From Octopus sinensis (Eukaryota): a stretch of 64,000 bases of DNA. The notes beneath the pieces were generated by a model. The model did no database searches, was not told the DNA's origin, and saw only the letters and a program-made list of their open reading frames with translations. The position numbers and the translations under genes are program-made. The stretch lies in assembly GCF_006345805.1 (NCBI RefSeq), contig NC_043005.1, positions 29,884,001 through 29,948,000 of the forward strand, written 5' to 3'. Shown piece by piece: positions 28,312-41,094 of the stretch; within the stretch, counting starts at the first letter, position 1, and each line of letters opens with the position of its first letter.

Positions 28312-30894
28312 GTTGTTATTAATATTATTGTTTCTATCATTATTGTTGTTGCTGTTGTTATTATTTTTCAGCTTCCTTTAGTGTGACAGTCATGATTTTA
28401 GAACTTCCGTTTGTGTCACGGTGGTCAAAGCTCGAATCAGCCATGCACTGATTGTAAACATGATTTACATAATAATCATTCCTATGGAGACAGACATCTC
28501 AATTACTTAATTCATTAGTCATAAACCACTTTTCTAGTTTTAATTCATTTTCATCAATTTAGTGACCTTGCTGCTGATAGTGACAAATCGAAAACACCCA
28601 GTCCACACTCTGTAAAGTGGTTGGTATTAGGAAGGGCATCCAGCCCCATAGAAACCAAGCCAAAGCAGACACTGGAGCTTGGTGCAGTCTTCTGACTGCA
28701 ACCGTCAAACTGGCCAACACCTGCCAGCAACTCTCAAACTGTCCAACTCTTGCCAGCAACCAAAAAATAAACAAATACCAGAGAACCTAGTGCTATCAAA
28801 AAAGTTGTTCTCACAGCACAAGGAACCAGAACAGATTCTACCAGATATCTTATGATATACTGTGCATCTATTTTTAATTGTTTTAATTAATTAAATACAT
28901 TAGCACTGATCTTAGCTATTTGAGTTTCATGCCAGGGAGTATCCCTAGCTTTTCTTCTGTCTTTAAAATGAAATTGTTGCTTTAGACTTCAGGGTTCTAA
29001 TCCAGTTAGTGTCTGCTTGACCTCTGTTGTATTACATTAATTATGGCAGGCAATGCTGAAGAGGTCATTATGACCATGGATCTTGTGTATGCCTAATCAC
29101 AGGATATGATAAGGTTGTTGTTGCTTACCAACAGGTGAGCTCTGTCTAGATGTTCTAGACATGACCATCCTGTCTACTATTCTAATGTTCCTTTCTTGTT
29201 ATTGAGCCCAAAGTCAGCCCTGTTCCAGCAGATCCCTTTGATCAAAGATGTTCTAGAACTGACCACTTGGACTTCAATTTAAACATAGTCTATTTGTGAC
29301 TACAGTATTCAAGGCTCATTTCATTTTTGAAGACAAATAGATTGTAGTCTGAGGGGGATTCAGCTCCTATCTCTATCAGGTTGAGGAGCAACTTAGATAC
29401 TCTTTCTCATTGTATTTGATAGGGTGGCTATGGCTGTGAGAGGTTGACTTCTGGGAAGAGGATGAAGGAATATGATCAACAAGTAGTAAGCCTAGAAGAC
29501 AGAAGAGAATAAAAGTGCTGTTGGAAAGTCAGTGACAAGGATGAGATAAATCCAATGTTGAAGCATGACAGAAGACATAAATGACAGAAGGCAGAAGACA
29601 TATGGAAAAAGATAAAAGACTGAAAGAAGTGAAATGGGAGAAATAGCACAAAAGGAGACAGAAATACAGGAAGGAAATGGTTAAAAGAAAAGAAGCAGAA
29701 AATAAGAAAGAAGTAAAAATAGGAGCAGTTTTAATGTGGTCAATACTATAATAGTGAATATCTTATTAAAACATATGTATTGCCACTGAACCAGGCTCTG
29801 ATTCTTGGTTTCTCTCCTCTCTCTCTTTACATGCATCATGTACAGTTACTTAGAAAAGTGAATTACTCGAGTCATCTTAGACTTGGCTCTAAATTATAAT
29901 CTAAATTTAAGTTTAGATCTGCAATAAACACACAAATGACAGACTGGATATCAGAAGGCTTTCTGTAACCTTTTGTTTGTTGTTAGTTACTCAGAGGAAA
30001 ACGATGCTGTGCCCATGATACTTGCAGGTTCTCCTAGACTAGTAGTGGGGAGAACTTGATGAGGTCAACACAGTTGATGTTGAATTTGAATTCCTGCAGA
30101 CTGGTGATTGGCAGAAAATGGGGAGAAAAAGAGAACTGTGAGGAAACATTTGTTGAATTGTCAAGTATGAAGATCTATAGTGAGAACACAGGTGATGAGA
30201 GAAGGTGATACCTGTGTGTATGTTTGAGAAGGAGAGTGGGATACATTTCTTAAGAACTGCAGAAAATGTTGCAAAATCTGCAGAAGAAGGAACATATGGT
30301 CAAGGGGTGTCACAGTGATTGGTGTATGATGGTGGAAGGAACATTTCACAATCAGTTGATGACCTTTTTGATGAGGAATTTCTCAAGAATGGTTGATCAG
30401 TAGATAGTCATCTCAGATATCTAAGCTGTATTCATCATCATCATTTAACATCTATGTTCCATGCTAGCATGAGTTGGACAGTTTGAGAGGGTCTGATGAG
30501 TCCGAAAACTACATTGGGTTCCCATGCCTGCTTTGGCATTGTTTCTGTAATTGGGTGCTTCTAATGCCAACCACTTTACAATGTGTACTGGATGCTTTTT
30601 CTCATGTTACCAGCAAGGGTGAGATTACCCTGCAGCTTGCAAGACTATGCACCCTGATGGTTCAACTTTACACTAAGAGAAGAGGTATTAAAATATGACA
30701 AAAGGGACCCTGAACAGAGCAAGTTTCTTGGTGTAGAGAAGCAATGTGACTACTCACATTTTAGAAGAAAAGGTTGGAGTGAATGGGTGACGCTGGAAAG
30801 CTTTAGAAATAGTAGGAATGAGGTGCCAGGATGGAGCCTCAAGTTACAATGTGAGTAGAAGTGATTGATTACAGAGGAACCAGGACTGAGAGTG

Positions 30895-30942
<48 letters not shown>

Positions 30943-31086
30943 TATATACAGACACACACATATACAAATATGTATACATAAAGGCAGTGCTCCAGTATGG
31001 CTGCAGTCAAATGGCTGCAGTCAAATGACTGAAACAAATGAAAGAATAAAAGAATCTCTCTCTCTGTATCTCTCTGTCTCTCTCTT

Positions 31087-31221
<135 letters not shown>

Positions 31222-31224
31222 ATG

Positions 31225-31571
31225 TATATATATATGGAAAAACGTCAAGTTAGAAAATGCTAAAATAATTTTATAAAAAACATTTCAGTACCGATTTCAG
31301 TTATTGACAATTTTTCAACTGTAAGTATGGAAAACAATCAAATTTTGGAAAAATTAAATGAAAAGTTTTTCAGGCAGAAACAAGGAAAATACCCCTTGTA
31401 TTTGAATATTATGCAAATATTCTTTTAAAATACCTTTCATTTAATTTTTCCAAAATTTAATTGTTTTCCATACTTACAGTTGAAAAAGTCTCAATGACTG
31501 TAACTGGTACTGAAATGTTTTTTGTAAAATTATTTTAGCATTTTCTACCTTGACTTTTTTCCATATATATA
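31225..31571. mobile_element. Fold-back element with degenerate hammerhead-like motif in both arms
   Basis: Arms ~31225-31368 and ~31430-31571; combined reading cag-TTGAAAA-agtc/gact-GAAA-ccgGTA-ctg. Confidence 0.6.
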
Positions 31572-31599
31572 TCAACTCATGTGTTCCTTTTCAACCTTC

Positions 31600-31673
<74 letters not shown>

Positions 31674-31692
31674 TATATACATATATATATAC

Positions 31693-31766
31693 AAAATATA
31701 ATTAGAGATAAAACCACTATTATGCAACTCAAACAGTGATAGACATAAACCAATACATAAATAACA

Positions 31767-31801
<35 letters not shown>

Positions 31802-32080
31802 TAAATTTTTTTTTTATTTTTATAAATATATAACTTATAGCTAGATCTCAAAAAGTATAAAATGAATGATAAATATATAATATAATAAGTAATATATTAT
31901 ATATTTACCACTCATTTTATACTTTTTGAGATTTAGTTATAAGTTATATATTTATAAAAATAAAAAAATAAAAATTAAAAAAAAATTTATATATATATAT
32001 TATTTGTTATTTATGTATTGGTTTATGTCTATCACTATTTGAGTTGCATAATAGTGGTTTTATCTCTAATTTATATTTTA
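31693..32080. repeat. Long AT-rich palindrome embedded in (TA)n
   Basis: ~190-bp imperfect inverted arms centred near 31890. Confidence 0.85.
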
Positions 32081-32218
32081 TATATTTATACTGTGAAATT
32101 TGATTTATTACTAAATTGAATTTTTCCCTGTAAGTTTGGAGTTATACTCCCTAATATTATTATTATATATATACATATATATATATATAGATGTATATAT
32201 ATATATTTCTTTCATTTA

Positions 32219-32593
32219 GGCACAAGAGTGGCTGTGTGATAAGTAGCTTACTTACCAACTATATGGTTTCAGGTACAGTCCCATTGTGTGACACCTTAGG
32301 CAAGTGTCTTCCACTAAAGCCTTGGGCCAACCAAAGTCTTGTGAGTGAATTTGGTAGACAGAAACTGAAAGAAGCCTGTCATATATGTGTGTGCCTGTGT
32401 TTGTCCCCCGCCATCACCTGGCAACCGATGTTGGTGTGTTTACATTCCTGTGACTTAGCATTTTGGCAAAAGAGACCGATTGAATAAGTGCTAGGATTAC
32501 AAGGTATAAGTCCCGGTGTCGATTTGTTCGACTAGAGGCAGTGCTCCAGCATGGCTGCAATCAAATGACTGAAACATGTAAAAGAATAAGAGA

Positions 32594-32594
<1 letters not shown>
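32219..32594 (+). mobile_element. SINE family A copy
   Basis: Aligns with 705-1093. Confidence 0.85.
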
Positions 32595-32628
<34 letters not shown>

Positions 32629-33049
32629 TAAAATATACATATATAATATTTCTCTTTGAATATTTGTAACCTCTGTAACTCAAGTTATTTTACAGGTCTC
32701 TGATGATGTAGGTTATTCATACAACACAGATCTTTGTTGATATTGCATAGTGTAAAGCAGTGAGCTGGTAGAACCATTACTGCACCAGATAGAATGCTTT
32801 GTGGCATTTTGTCCATCTTTACATTCTGCCAAGGTCAACTTTGCCCTTCATCCTTTCAGGGTTTACTGAGGTCAATGTAATTGACTTACCCCGCTCCCAA
32901 ATTCCAGGCCCTGTACCTTTAGGAGAAAGAATATTACACCTGTTGTGTCTAGGAAACAACCTGCATTAGCAAGATTAGTTATAATATTCTGTTCTCTCTG
33001 TCAGATTATAATACAATTGTTATTATTTTAACTGTTTTACATCTATTTT

Positions 33050-33552
33050 TGAGCATAGTCGATGCCAGTGCTGCTTGACTGGCTCCCATGCCAGTGGCAT
33101 ATAAAATGCACCATTCAAGCGTGGTTGTTGCCAGTGCTGCCTGACCGGCTCCTGTGCCAGTGGCATGTAAAATGCACCATTTGAGTGTGGTTGATACCAG
33201 TGCCAGCTGACTGGTCCCGTACTGGTGGCAAGTACAAGCACCATTTGAGCATGATCATTGCCAGTGCCACCTGATTGGCTCCTGTGCCAGTGGTGCATGA
33301 AAAGCATAATTTGGGTGTGATCATTGCCAGTGCCGCCTGACTGGCTCCCATGCTGGTGGCACATAAAAAGCACCCATTACACTCTTGGAGTGGTTGGCAT
33401 TAGGAAGGGCATTGAGCTGTAGAAACATTGCCAGATCGAATTGGAGCCTGGTGCTGCCTTCTTCTGGCTCACCAGTCCTCAGTCAAACCATCCAATCCAT
33501 GCCAGCAGGGAAAGCGAATGTGAAACAACGATGATGATGATGAGGATGATGA
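33050..33552 (+). mobile_element. RTE 3' end with ~5 tandem ~62-bp units
   Basis: Repeats of gccagtgc..ctgactggctcc..tggca..taaaa.gcaccattt, then conserved end and (GAT)n. Confidence 0.78.
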
Positions 33553-34907
33553 TTTATGATTGTTTGTGGGTGGCTATAATGTTTTGTTGTAGTAATGTAT
33601 TTGTAATGATGCAAGTGAATAGATTTTTGACTATTAACTGTTCAACCATGAAGCAGCAGAGTTTTTTTAACCCTTTTGTTACCATATATTTCTGTTAAAA
33701 TAAATGGCTTTTGTTTCAAATTAATTTTTAAAATAAAAATTTTATTGAAATGACTTTGTCAATATTAAACTGATTTTGGAAAACGTTAGCAACTGGTTCT
33801 TGTTATCAAAATTATTTGCTTCCAAACTTTTTATTTGTTTAATTCTTTTATTACCATATTTTGTTGAACTCTGCTGCCTTTATTTAGATTCATTTTGATA
33901 GTATGAAGAATATAATAATAATAAAAAATTATCAGTTTTAAGCTGATATTTTAAATATGAATTAACATGAAATTGTGATGGTAGGATTTAACTTAAATCA
34001 CTTTAAAACAGAATTTGTATCATAGAACTTGGGTCAGTCTCTCGCATGTTAGTACCAAAAATTTAGAGTCTTAGTTCAAGAACAGCACAATAACTATAGT
34101 AAGATTTGAATTTAAAGCCATATGGCTAGTAGTTCTGCTCTTTAACCTTATAAATAATATATTATCAAAGTTCCCCCATTGAATGACATTTTCTTGGATT
34201 TTATTTTCCGATTTACATAAATTTCCTTACAAACTAAATTCAGTCTTCTTAAAAAACGTTGATATTGTTTTATTTTAAACATTTTTCATGAAACGTTTTT
34301 ACTTTATCTCTATTTCTATCCATCCGTTCAATATATCTCCGTTCACTTTGATTTTCAGTATTCTTTTGGTCTACAGTAGTAAATCTATCAATCTACCAAA
34401 GATTAAATCTTTAATAATCTTTCATATTAATGGCAAATGCTTAATCTATTGTTGTATACAGAGAGCAATAACAACTCTGTTGCTTTCCGGAAATATGCAG
34501 CGGGCAGCAGTAAACTTTCAAAGAAATTACTAGAATGTTCTAAATATGTGCATTCATAAAGAGGATAGTAGAAGAGATGAGAGAGTGATCACCATGTTGA
34601 AATCTATATTAAAATATTTAGAAATCTTCCATATTCTCCTATCATGTGTGATTAGTTGTCACTTAGTTAAGCTATAAATAAATGCAGATATTTCATACTA
34701 TCTCAAAGTCACAAGCTTCCCAAGAAAAGCAGGTATGGTTATGGTTGTTTGGTTAAGAAGGTTTGCTCTGTAACCATGTGGTTTTGGGTTCAGTTCCACT
34801 GCATGGCACCACCTTGGGCAAGTGTTTTCTACCATAGCCTTCAGCTGACCAGTGCCTTGTGAGTGAAATTTCACTGAAAAAATGCATGGAAGCCTGCTCT
34901 ATATGTT

Positions 34908-35400
34908 GTCATCATCATCATCGTTTAATTTCCGCTTTCCATGCTGGCATGGGTTGGATGGTTTGACTGTGGACTGGTGAGCCGGAAGGCTGCACCAGGC
35001 TCCAATCTGATCTGGAAAAGTTTCTACAGCTGGATGGCCTTCCTAACGCCAACCACTCCGAGAGTGTAGTGGGTGCTTTTTACGTGTCACCGACATGAGG
35101 GCCAGTCAGGTGGTTCTGGCAACGACCATGCTCAAAAGGTGTTCTTACATGCTACCTGCATGAGAGCCAGTCCAGCAGCACTGGCAACGACCACACTCAA
35201 ATGTTGTTTTTCACATGCCACCAGCACATGTGCCTGTAAGGCAGTACTGGCAACGATTACACTCAAATGGTGCTTTTCACATGTCACCGGCACAGGAGCT
35301 AATCCATGGTCCTGGCAACAATCATCCTTGGATGTGCTTTTAACGTTCCACTGGCATGAGTGCCAATGAGGCAGCAGTGTCATCAACCATGTCAGCGTTA
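34908..35400 (-). mobile_element. RTE 3' end with tandem units
   Basis: Reverse complement of the same family. Confidence 0.75.
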
Positions 35401-35689
35401 GGATATAAGTATGTTGATCTATAGTTAGGCACAATATGCAAGCTGATATCAACAAATAAAAACAAAGACACACTATTGTATTGCCATGCATTGGTTGTTT
35501 GATGCTTTAATTATACTTCGGGAAAGTTTCCTCTCATCAAATATAAGACAGAAAAATAATCCAAGTGTTTGTAGAAAGAGTGTTATTATCAAGAGGACTT
35601 TTTTGAATTAGAATAGAAACATTAAATAGTTTTCTTAGTCTTTATTTAGTGGAATCACTTTATATATTTGGTCTAAATTCTCATCTGCA

Positions 35690-35725
<36 letters not shown>

Positions 35726-35925
35726 GTTTAGCGTCCGCTTTCCATGCTAGCATGGGTTGGACGGTTCTACTGGGGTCTGTGAAGCCAGAAGGCTTCATCA
35801 GGCCCAGTCAAATCTGGCAGTGTTTCTACGGCTGGATGCCCTTGCTTAAAAATTTTTATTTTTTCATATTTATATCATTTCACATAACAAACCTTTAAGC
35901 AAATTACAATATTCTTTTATGAGTG

Positions 35926-35956
<31 letters not shown>

Positions 35957-36139
35957 TGTGTGTTTGTGTGTGTTTGTGTGTGTTTGTGTTTGCCACCACC
36001 ACCATCGCTCACATGGCAACTAGTTTTGGTTTGTTTAAATCTCTGTAACTTAGTGGCTCAGCAAAAGATATCAATAGAATAAGTACCAGACTTTAACAAA
36101 AAGTTCTGGGTCGATTTATCTGACAAAACAGTTTAAGGT

Positions 36140-36151
36140 ATTTTTTGATGC

Positions 36152-36200
<49 letters not shown>

Positions 36201-36417
36201 TACATTTGATGGATATTTGTCCTCAACTTGTTTGTTGTTAACACAGCGTTTCAGCTGATATACCCTCCAGCCTTCATCAGGTATCTTGGGGAAATTTTGA
36301 ACCTGGATTCTCATTCTTAAGGTATTTTTCAATGTTATTTTTAGATCTTGTTGGATTCAGCCGAAACGTGTTAACAAACAAGATGAGGATAAATATCTGT
36401 CAAATGTAAATAATGTA
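36140..36417. mobile_element. PLE pseudo-LTR-type fold-back fragment (same family as 20479)
   Basis: Minus strand gatac-CTGATGA-aggctg..cagct-GAAA at 36240-36285, plus an inverted partial copy cagccGAAAcgt at 36357-36417. Confidence 0.62.
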
Positions 36418-36994
36418 TGGAATGGCATGTTGCATTGAAGGGAATAGCAACAGGTTTCAACAAAACCATGGCTACATCTTTTTAAGTGTTTTACTCATTT
36501 ACTGAAAATTTGAAAACGCCACAATTTTTCCCATGAATGAAGAAGTATAATGTTCCTTCTATAATAATTGAATCAATGAATGCAAGTTGCATTTTGCTGT
36601 GATTTTTTTTTTTTTTGAGAACCATTAAAATCTTGATGATTTAATCATATTTTAATGTGTTTATGAATAATTGTATTTATGGATTCTCACACTACTTCCC
36701 TTCTGCAAATGTCTGAATAATGTAAAACTCAGAGTAAGAATAAAAGATTCTTTAGCCACTCATTATATATGTGTGTTGACAGTGACTTTGAAGTTTTGCT
36801 AGTGACCTAGAGCATCTGAAGAAGCCCATTCCCAGTGAACCTGCGAAGTCCCTGTCTTTTTTTCATTTATGAATAAATTTCAGACTGTAAATATATGTAT
36901 TGAACGGTTTAATAATTCATGTTGGCTTGTAAAATCATACATAAAACAGACATTAATATATATATATTAATATATATATATATATATATAATAT

Positions 36995-37088
<94 letters not shown>

Positions 37089-37098
37089 GTGTGTGTGT

Positions 37099-37402
37099 GG
37101 AGGCGCAATGGCCCAGTGGTTAGGGCAGCGGACTCGTGGTCGCAGGATCACGGTTTCGATTCCCAGACCAGGCGTTGTGAGTGTTTATTGAGCGAAAACA
37201 CCTAAAGCTCCACGAGGCTCCGGCAGGGGGTGGTGGCGATCCCTGCTGTACTCTTTCGCCACAATTTTCTCTCATTCTTTCTTCTGTTGTCCTGCTCGCT
37301 TAGCCAGCGGGGTGGCATCATTTGAAGGCTAAAACAATGCGAAGCACATTCTGACCAGCGATGTGTAGCAACATCTGATAGTCTGGTCGGTCACGGACGG
37401 TG
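37099..37402 (+). mobile_element. tRNA-derived SINE family B (tail type 1)
   Basis: A box TGGCCCAGTGG and B-box-like GTTTCGATTCC; sits directly after a (TA)n(TG)n tract. Confidence 0.85.
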
Positions 37403-37975
37403 ATATATATATATATTGTACGTTTCATTATATATACATAATAATACATACAATAGAGTATATATATATATGTTAATATAATATACACAATATTATTTAT
37501 GTATATGTGATATTATATAACCTATAATGTAATATAATATGATATGATATGCAATAAATAATTTCCATTTGTTTGTAAACTGAAATACATTACATAAAGA
37601 TCATTGACTGACATGCTTCAGTTTGAACTCTGACCTTTCTATGAGCAGTTTTTATGACACAATGGTGTATCAGATAACATTTGTGTGTTTGACTCTGTAC
37701 AGATAATATATTTATCTAATGATGGTATACAATATGTTAACCTTATACTTACCACATACCTAATAACAGTACACACACACACATGTGTAGATATATATAT
37801 ATATATATATTACTGTTTATTTTATGTTAACTTTAAAAAATAAAGAATTACTCAATACATTTTCTTCTTTTTTTTGTAAAGTACATATTTTGTTGTATTT
37901 TTATAAGCAGTGGGTTGACCATAACTTTGAAGTTTCGACTTACTAGCCCTCATCATACTTTTGATTTCACACATA

Positions 37976-38016
<41 letters not shown>

Positions 38017-38091
38017 CCACTTTGTATATAACCCTCTACAGACTATATATCTAACAACTTCGGAAAATATATTTAACACCCTGCATTTAAT

Positions 38092-38131
<40 letters not shown>

Positions 38132-38634
38132 ACCACACACACACACACACCACACACACACACATACACACATACACACATACGTGTGTGTAAAACAACA
38201 TTCCAGTATATATTACCATTCTTCTAACTGTGTGTCTAGCAACAGCCACACCACTTATGTACATTTCATGTCTATCTCACAACAGTGTTGCTGTAAAAAT
38301 TCAACAAAACACTAATCATATCTCTAACAACAATACGGTGCCAGAGATCAGTTCTTCCATGTAGAGGCAGCACTAATGTCCATAGTAGTCATATGCTTTA
38401 GTTAACGGCCTTCAGGGTGGTGGTGGTGGTGGTGGTGGTGGTGGTGGTGGTGGTGGTGGTGGTGGTGGTGGTGGTGGCTAGAGGGACAATAGTGTATGAC
38501 TGTGTCAGTTGTGTTAAGCTGTGCAGCATTGTTATCTACACAACAACAACAGCAACAACATTGGTAGAAAGAATTCTACTGATAATAAAACAAATTATAT
38601 AAATGGTTGCAGTAACATCTTTACAGCATCACAA

Positions 38635-39070
38635 TCACATCATCATTATCATTGTTGATATCATCGTCATCATTATCATCATTATCATCATCATCATTGT
38701 CGTTGTTATCAATGTTGTCATCATCAACATCACTATTATTTTTATCATTGTCCTCCATCTCCCCTTTCTCCTCATCATCATTATTGCCATCGTTGTCATC
38801 ATCATCATCATCATCATCATTGTCATCATTGTTGTTATCAGCATCATCATCATCGCCATCATCATCATCATTATCATCATTGCCATCATCTTAATTCCAT
38901 ACATTCTCCTCCTCCTCCTCATCATCATCATCATTGTTATCATCATCTTCAATCAACACATTCTCCTCATCATCATCATCATCGTCATCTTCATTCCACA
39001 CATTCTCCCCCTCTTCTTCCTCCTCCTCCTCCTCATCATCATCATCATCATCATCGTTGTTGTCGTCATT
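38635..39070. repeat. Degenerate (ATC)n/(CTC)n trinucleotide tract
   Basis: Direct inspection; source of the spurious poly-I, poly-M and poly-S ORFs. Confidence 0.9.
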
Positions 39071-39558
39071 GTGTTTGTTGTTGTATAAGAAACACATCAA
39101 GTCTCCCATTTATTTATGTGAAAGAAGCGAGGTAGAGCACGGTTTGTCAAACAAATATCCTGAAAGACAAAAACCTCCATTTAAACATTTAATACGGTTC
39201 CAGTATTGATGTATTCTCCATCTCGGCAACTGTGGAATGTCTTAACAGAATCTACTCTATAATATTCCAATTATATTCCTTTGATGTTATAATGGCTTTA
39301 ATAAAAACAGTGGAAACCCTTACAATATCTTAGCTTCTCAATTTGCTCCGGCAAGCATTTTTATCATCATTCAGTATTGCTGTATCAATAATTGAAACGC
39401 TATTGTCTCCATTTGTCATACACAGTTCTAATGTGTTTGTTCAATGGAAGCTGAAGATCATTCTGATTGTCAGCCTCCTTTCTGATCTCTGCATGCTAAT
39501 TGCTCCATAGAATGCCCTTTATTTTATCGTCATATTTCTTTCTTTTGTTTCTTTACAG

Positions 39559-39723
39559 AGATATCTTGAAAACAGCAATGTTGGGTCATGCATGAATGAA
39601 TTACTCTCTCTTGATGCTGATGTCCATCAATGCTACAAGTTATCAGCTTCCATGGCTCTCTTCACGGCCCTGGAGTATGCTTCAGATGCAGTGGAGATAG
39701 TGAATGCAGATCATGAAATACAG
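39559..39723 (+). CDS. PDE8: PDE8 exon: RYLENSNVGSCMNELLSLDADVHQCYKLSASMALFTALEYASDAVEIVNADHEIQ (start of PAS)
   Basis: ctttacag acceptor and CAG|gtaggc donor; 165 nt open; resembles PDE8B RFMENSSIIACYNEL...[21 protein letters not shown]. Confidence 0.93.
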
Positions 39724-39795
39724 GTAGGCTTAACTTATTGCACTACTAACATGCATAAATTAACATAGTTTTAGGTTAATGAGACTGATATTTCT

Positions 39796-39829
<34 letters not shown>

Positions 39830-40314
39830 CTGTATTTATCTCTTGTATTATAATTAACTAAATATATTATGATACAAAGGCATATGGGCTTATGCTTATT
39901 GAAGCATCACTTCTTGTACATGCAGGCTCTTCATACAAAGCATGAAGAGCCTGCATGTATGTGAGTGTGTGCATATATATCTATACACACAACTCACATA
40001 TATAAATGTGTGCAGATGCACGTGTGCACACACACACACACATATAAAATCATCATTGTTACTTTAACATCCACTTTTCCATGCTTGCATGGAACAAGTG
40101 GAGTTTTCTGACAGATTTTTCTATGGCCTGATGCCCTTCCTGTTGCCAACCTTTATGTATTTCCAAGCAAGGTACTATTTCCCCATGGCTAGAAATATGT
40201 TCATAGAGTATTGGAGATGAACAGCATTCATTTACTACAGTCAACAGTATCAAGACAAGGATACACAAACATACATACACTCACACTCCTGCATACACAC
40301 AAACACACACACAT

Positions 40315-41058
40315 TATCATCGTCGTCGTCGTTTAACGTGCGTTTTCCATGCTGGCATGGGTTGGATGGTTTGACTGAGGACTGGCAAGCCAGAAGGCTG
40401 CATCAGGCTCCAATCTGATCTGGCAAAGTTTCTACAGCTGGACGCCTTTCCTAATGCCAACCACTCCAAGGGTGTAGTAGATGCTTTTAATGTGCCACTG
40501 GCACGAGAGCCAGTAAGGTGGTACTGGCAATGACCATGCTCAAAAGGTGTTTTTTGTGTGCTACCTGCACGGGAGCCAGTCCAGCAGCACTGGCAACAAC
40601 CACACTCAAATACTGTTTTTCCCATGCCACCAGCACATGTGCCAGTAAGGCGATGCTGGCAACGACCATGCTTGAATGGTGCTTTTTAATGTGCCACCGG
40701 CACAGGAGCCAATCAGTGGCTCTGGCGCTTTTAAAGTTCCACTGGCACGAGTGCCAATCATGCGGTACTGTCATCGGTCACGTCAGTGATTTTGATTTTG
40801 ATTTCACTTGCCTGAATAGGTCTTCGCAAGCAAAGTTATTGTCCAATGAATGAAGGCTACTTATAACTGGGCTGTTACACCCACTGGCATAGGACACAGG
40901 TTATGGTCTCACTTGGTTTGTTGGGTCTTCTCAAGCACAGCATATCTCCAAAGGTCTTGATCATTAGTCATTGCCTCGGTAAGGCCCAATGTTCGAAGGT
41001 CATGCTTCACCACCTCATCCCAGGTTTTCCTGGGTCTACTTCTTCCACAGCTTCCTTC
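40315..41058 (-). mobile_element. RTE LINE 3' end including ORF C-terminus (41058-40909) and 3' UTR
   Basis: EGSCGRSRPRKTWDEVVKHDLRTLGLTEAMTNDQDLWRYAVLEKTQQTK* fits the RTE GRPRKTW...WR terminus, followed by tandem units and a (GAC/GAT)n tail. Confidence 0.85.
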
Positions 41059-41094
41059 ATATATATGTGTATATATATATATGTATGTACATAT

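Noticed and set aside
29960-30420. Possible ancient Penelope RT fragment (also 19990-20460 and 13030-13207)
   Set aside because: Motif similarity is too weak by eye and needs a profile search.
37099-37172. tRNA gene
   Set aside because: It is the tRNA-like head of a multi-copy SINE and continues into a SINE body; the same applies to the family A heads.
38603-39088. 161-aa hydrophobic ORF resembling a membrane protein
   Set aside because: It is the translation of an (ATC)n tract.
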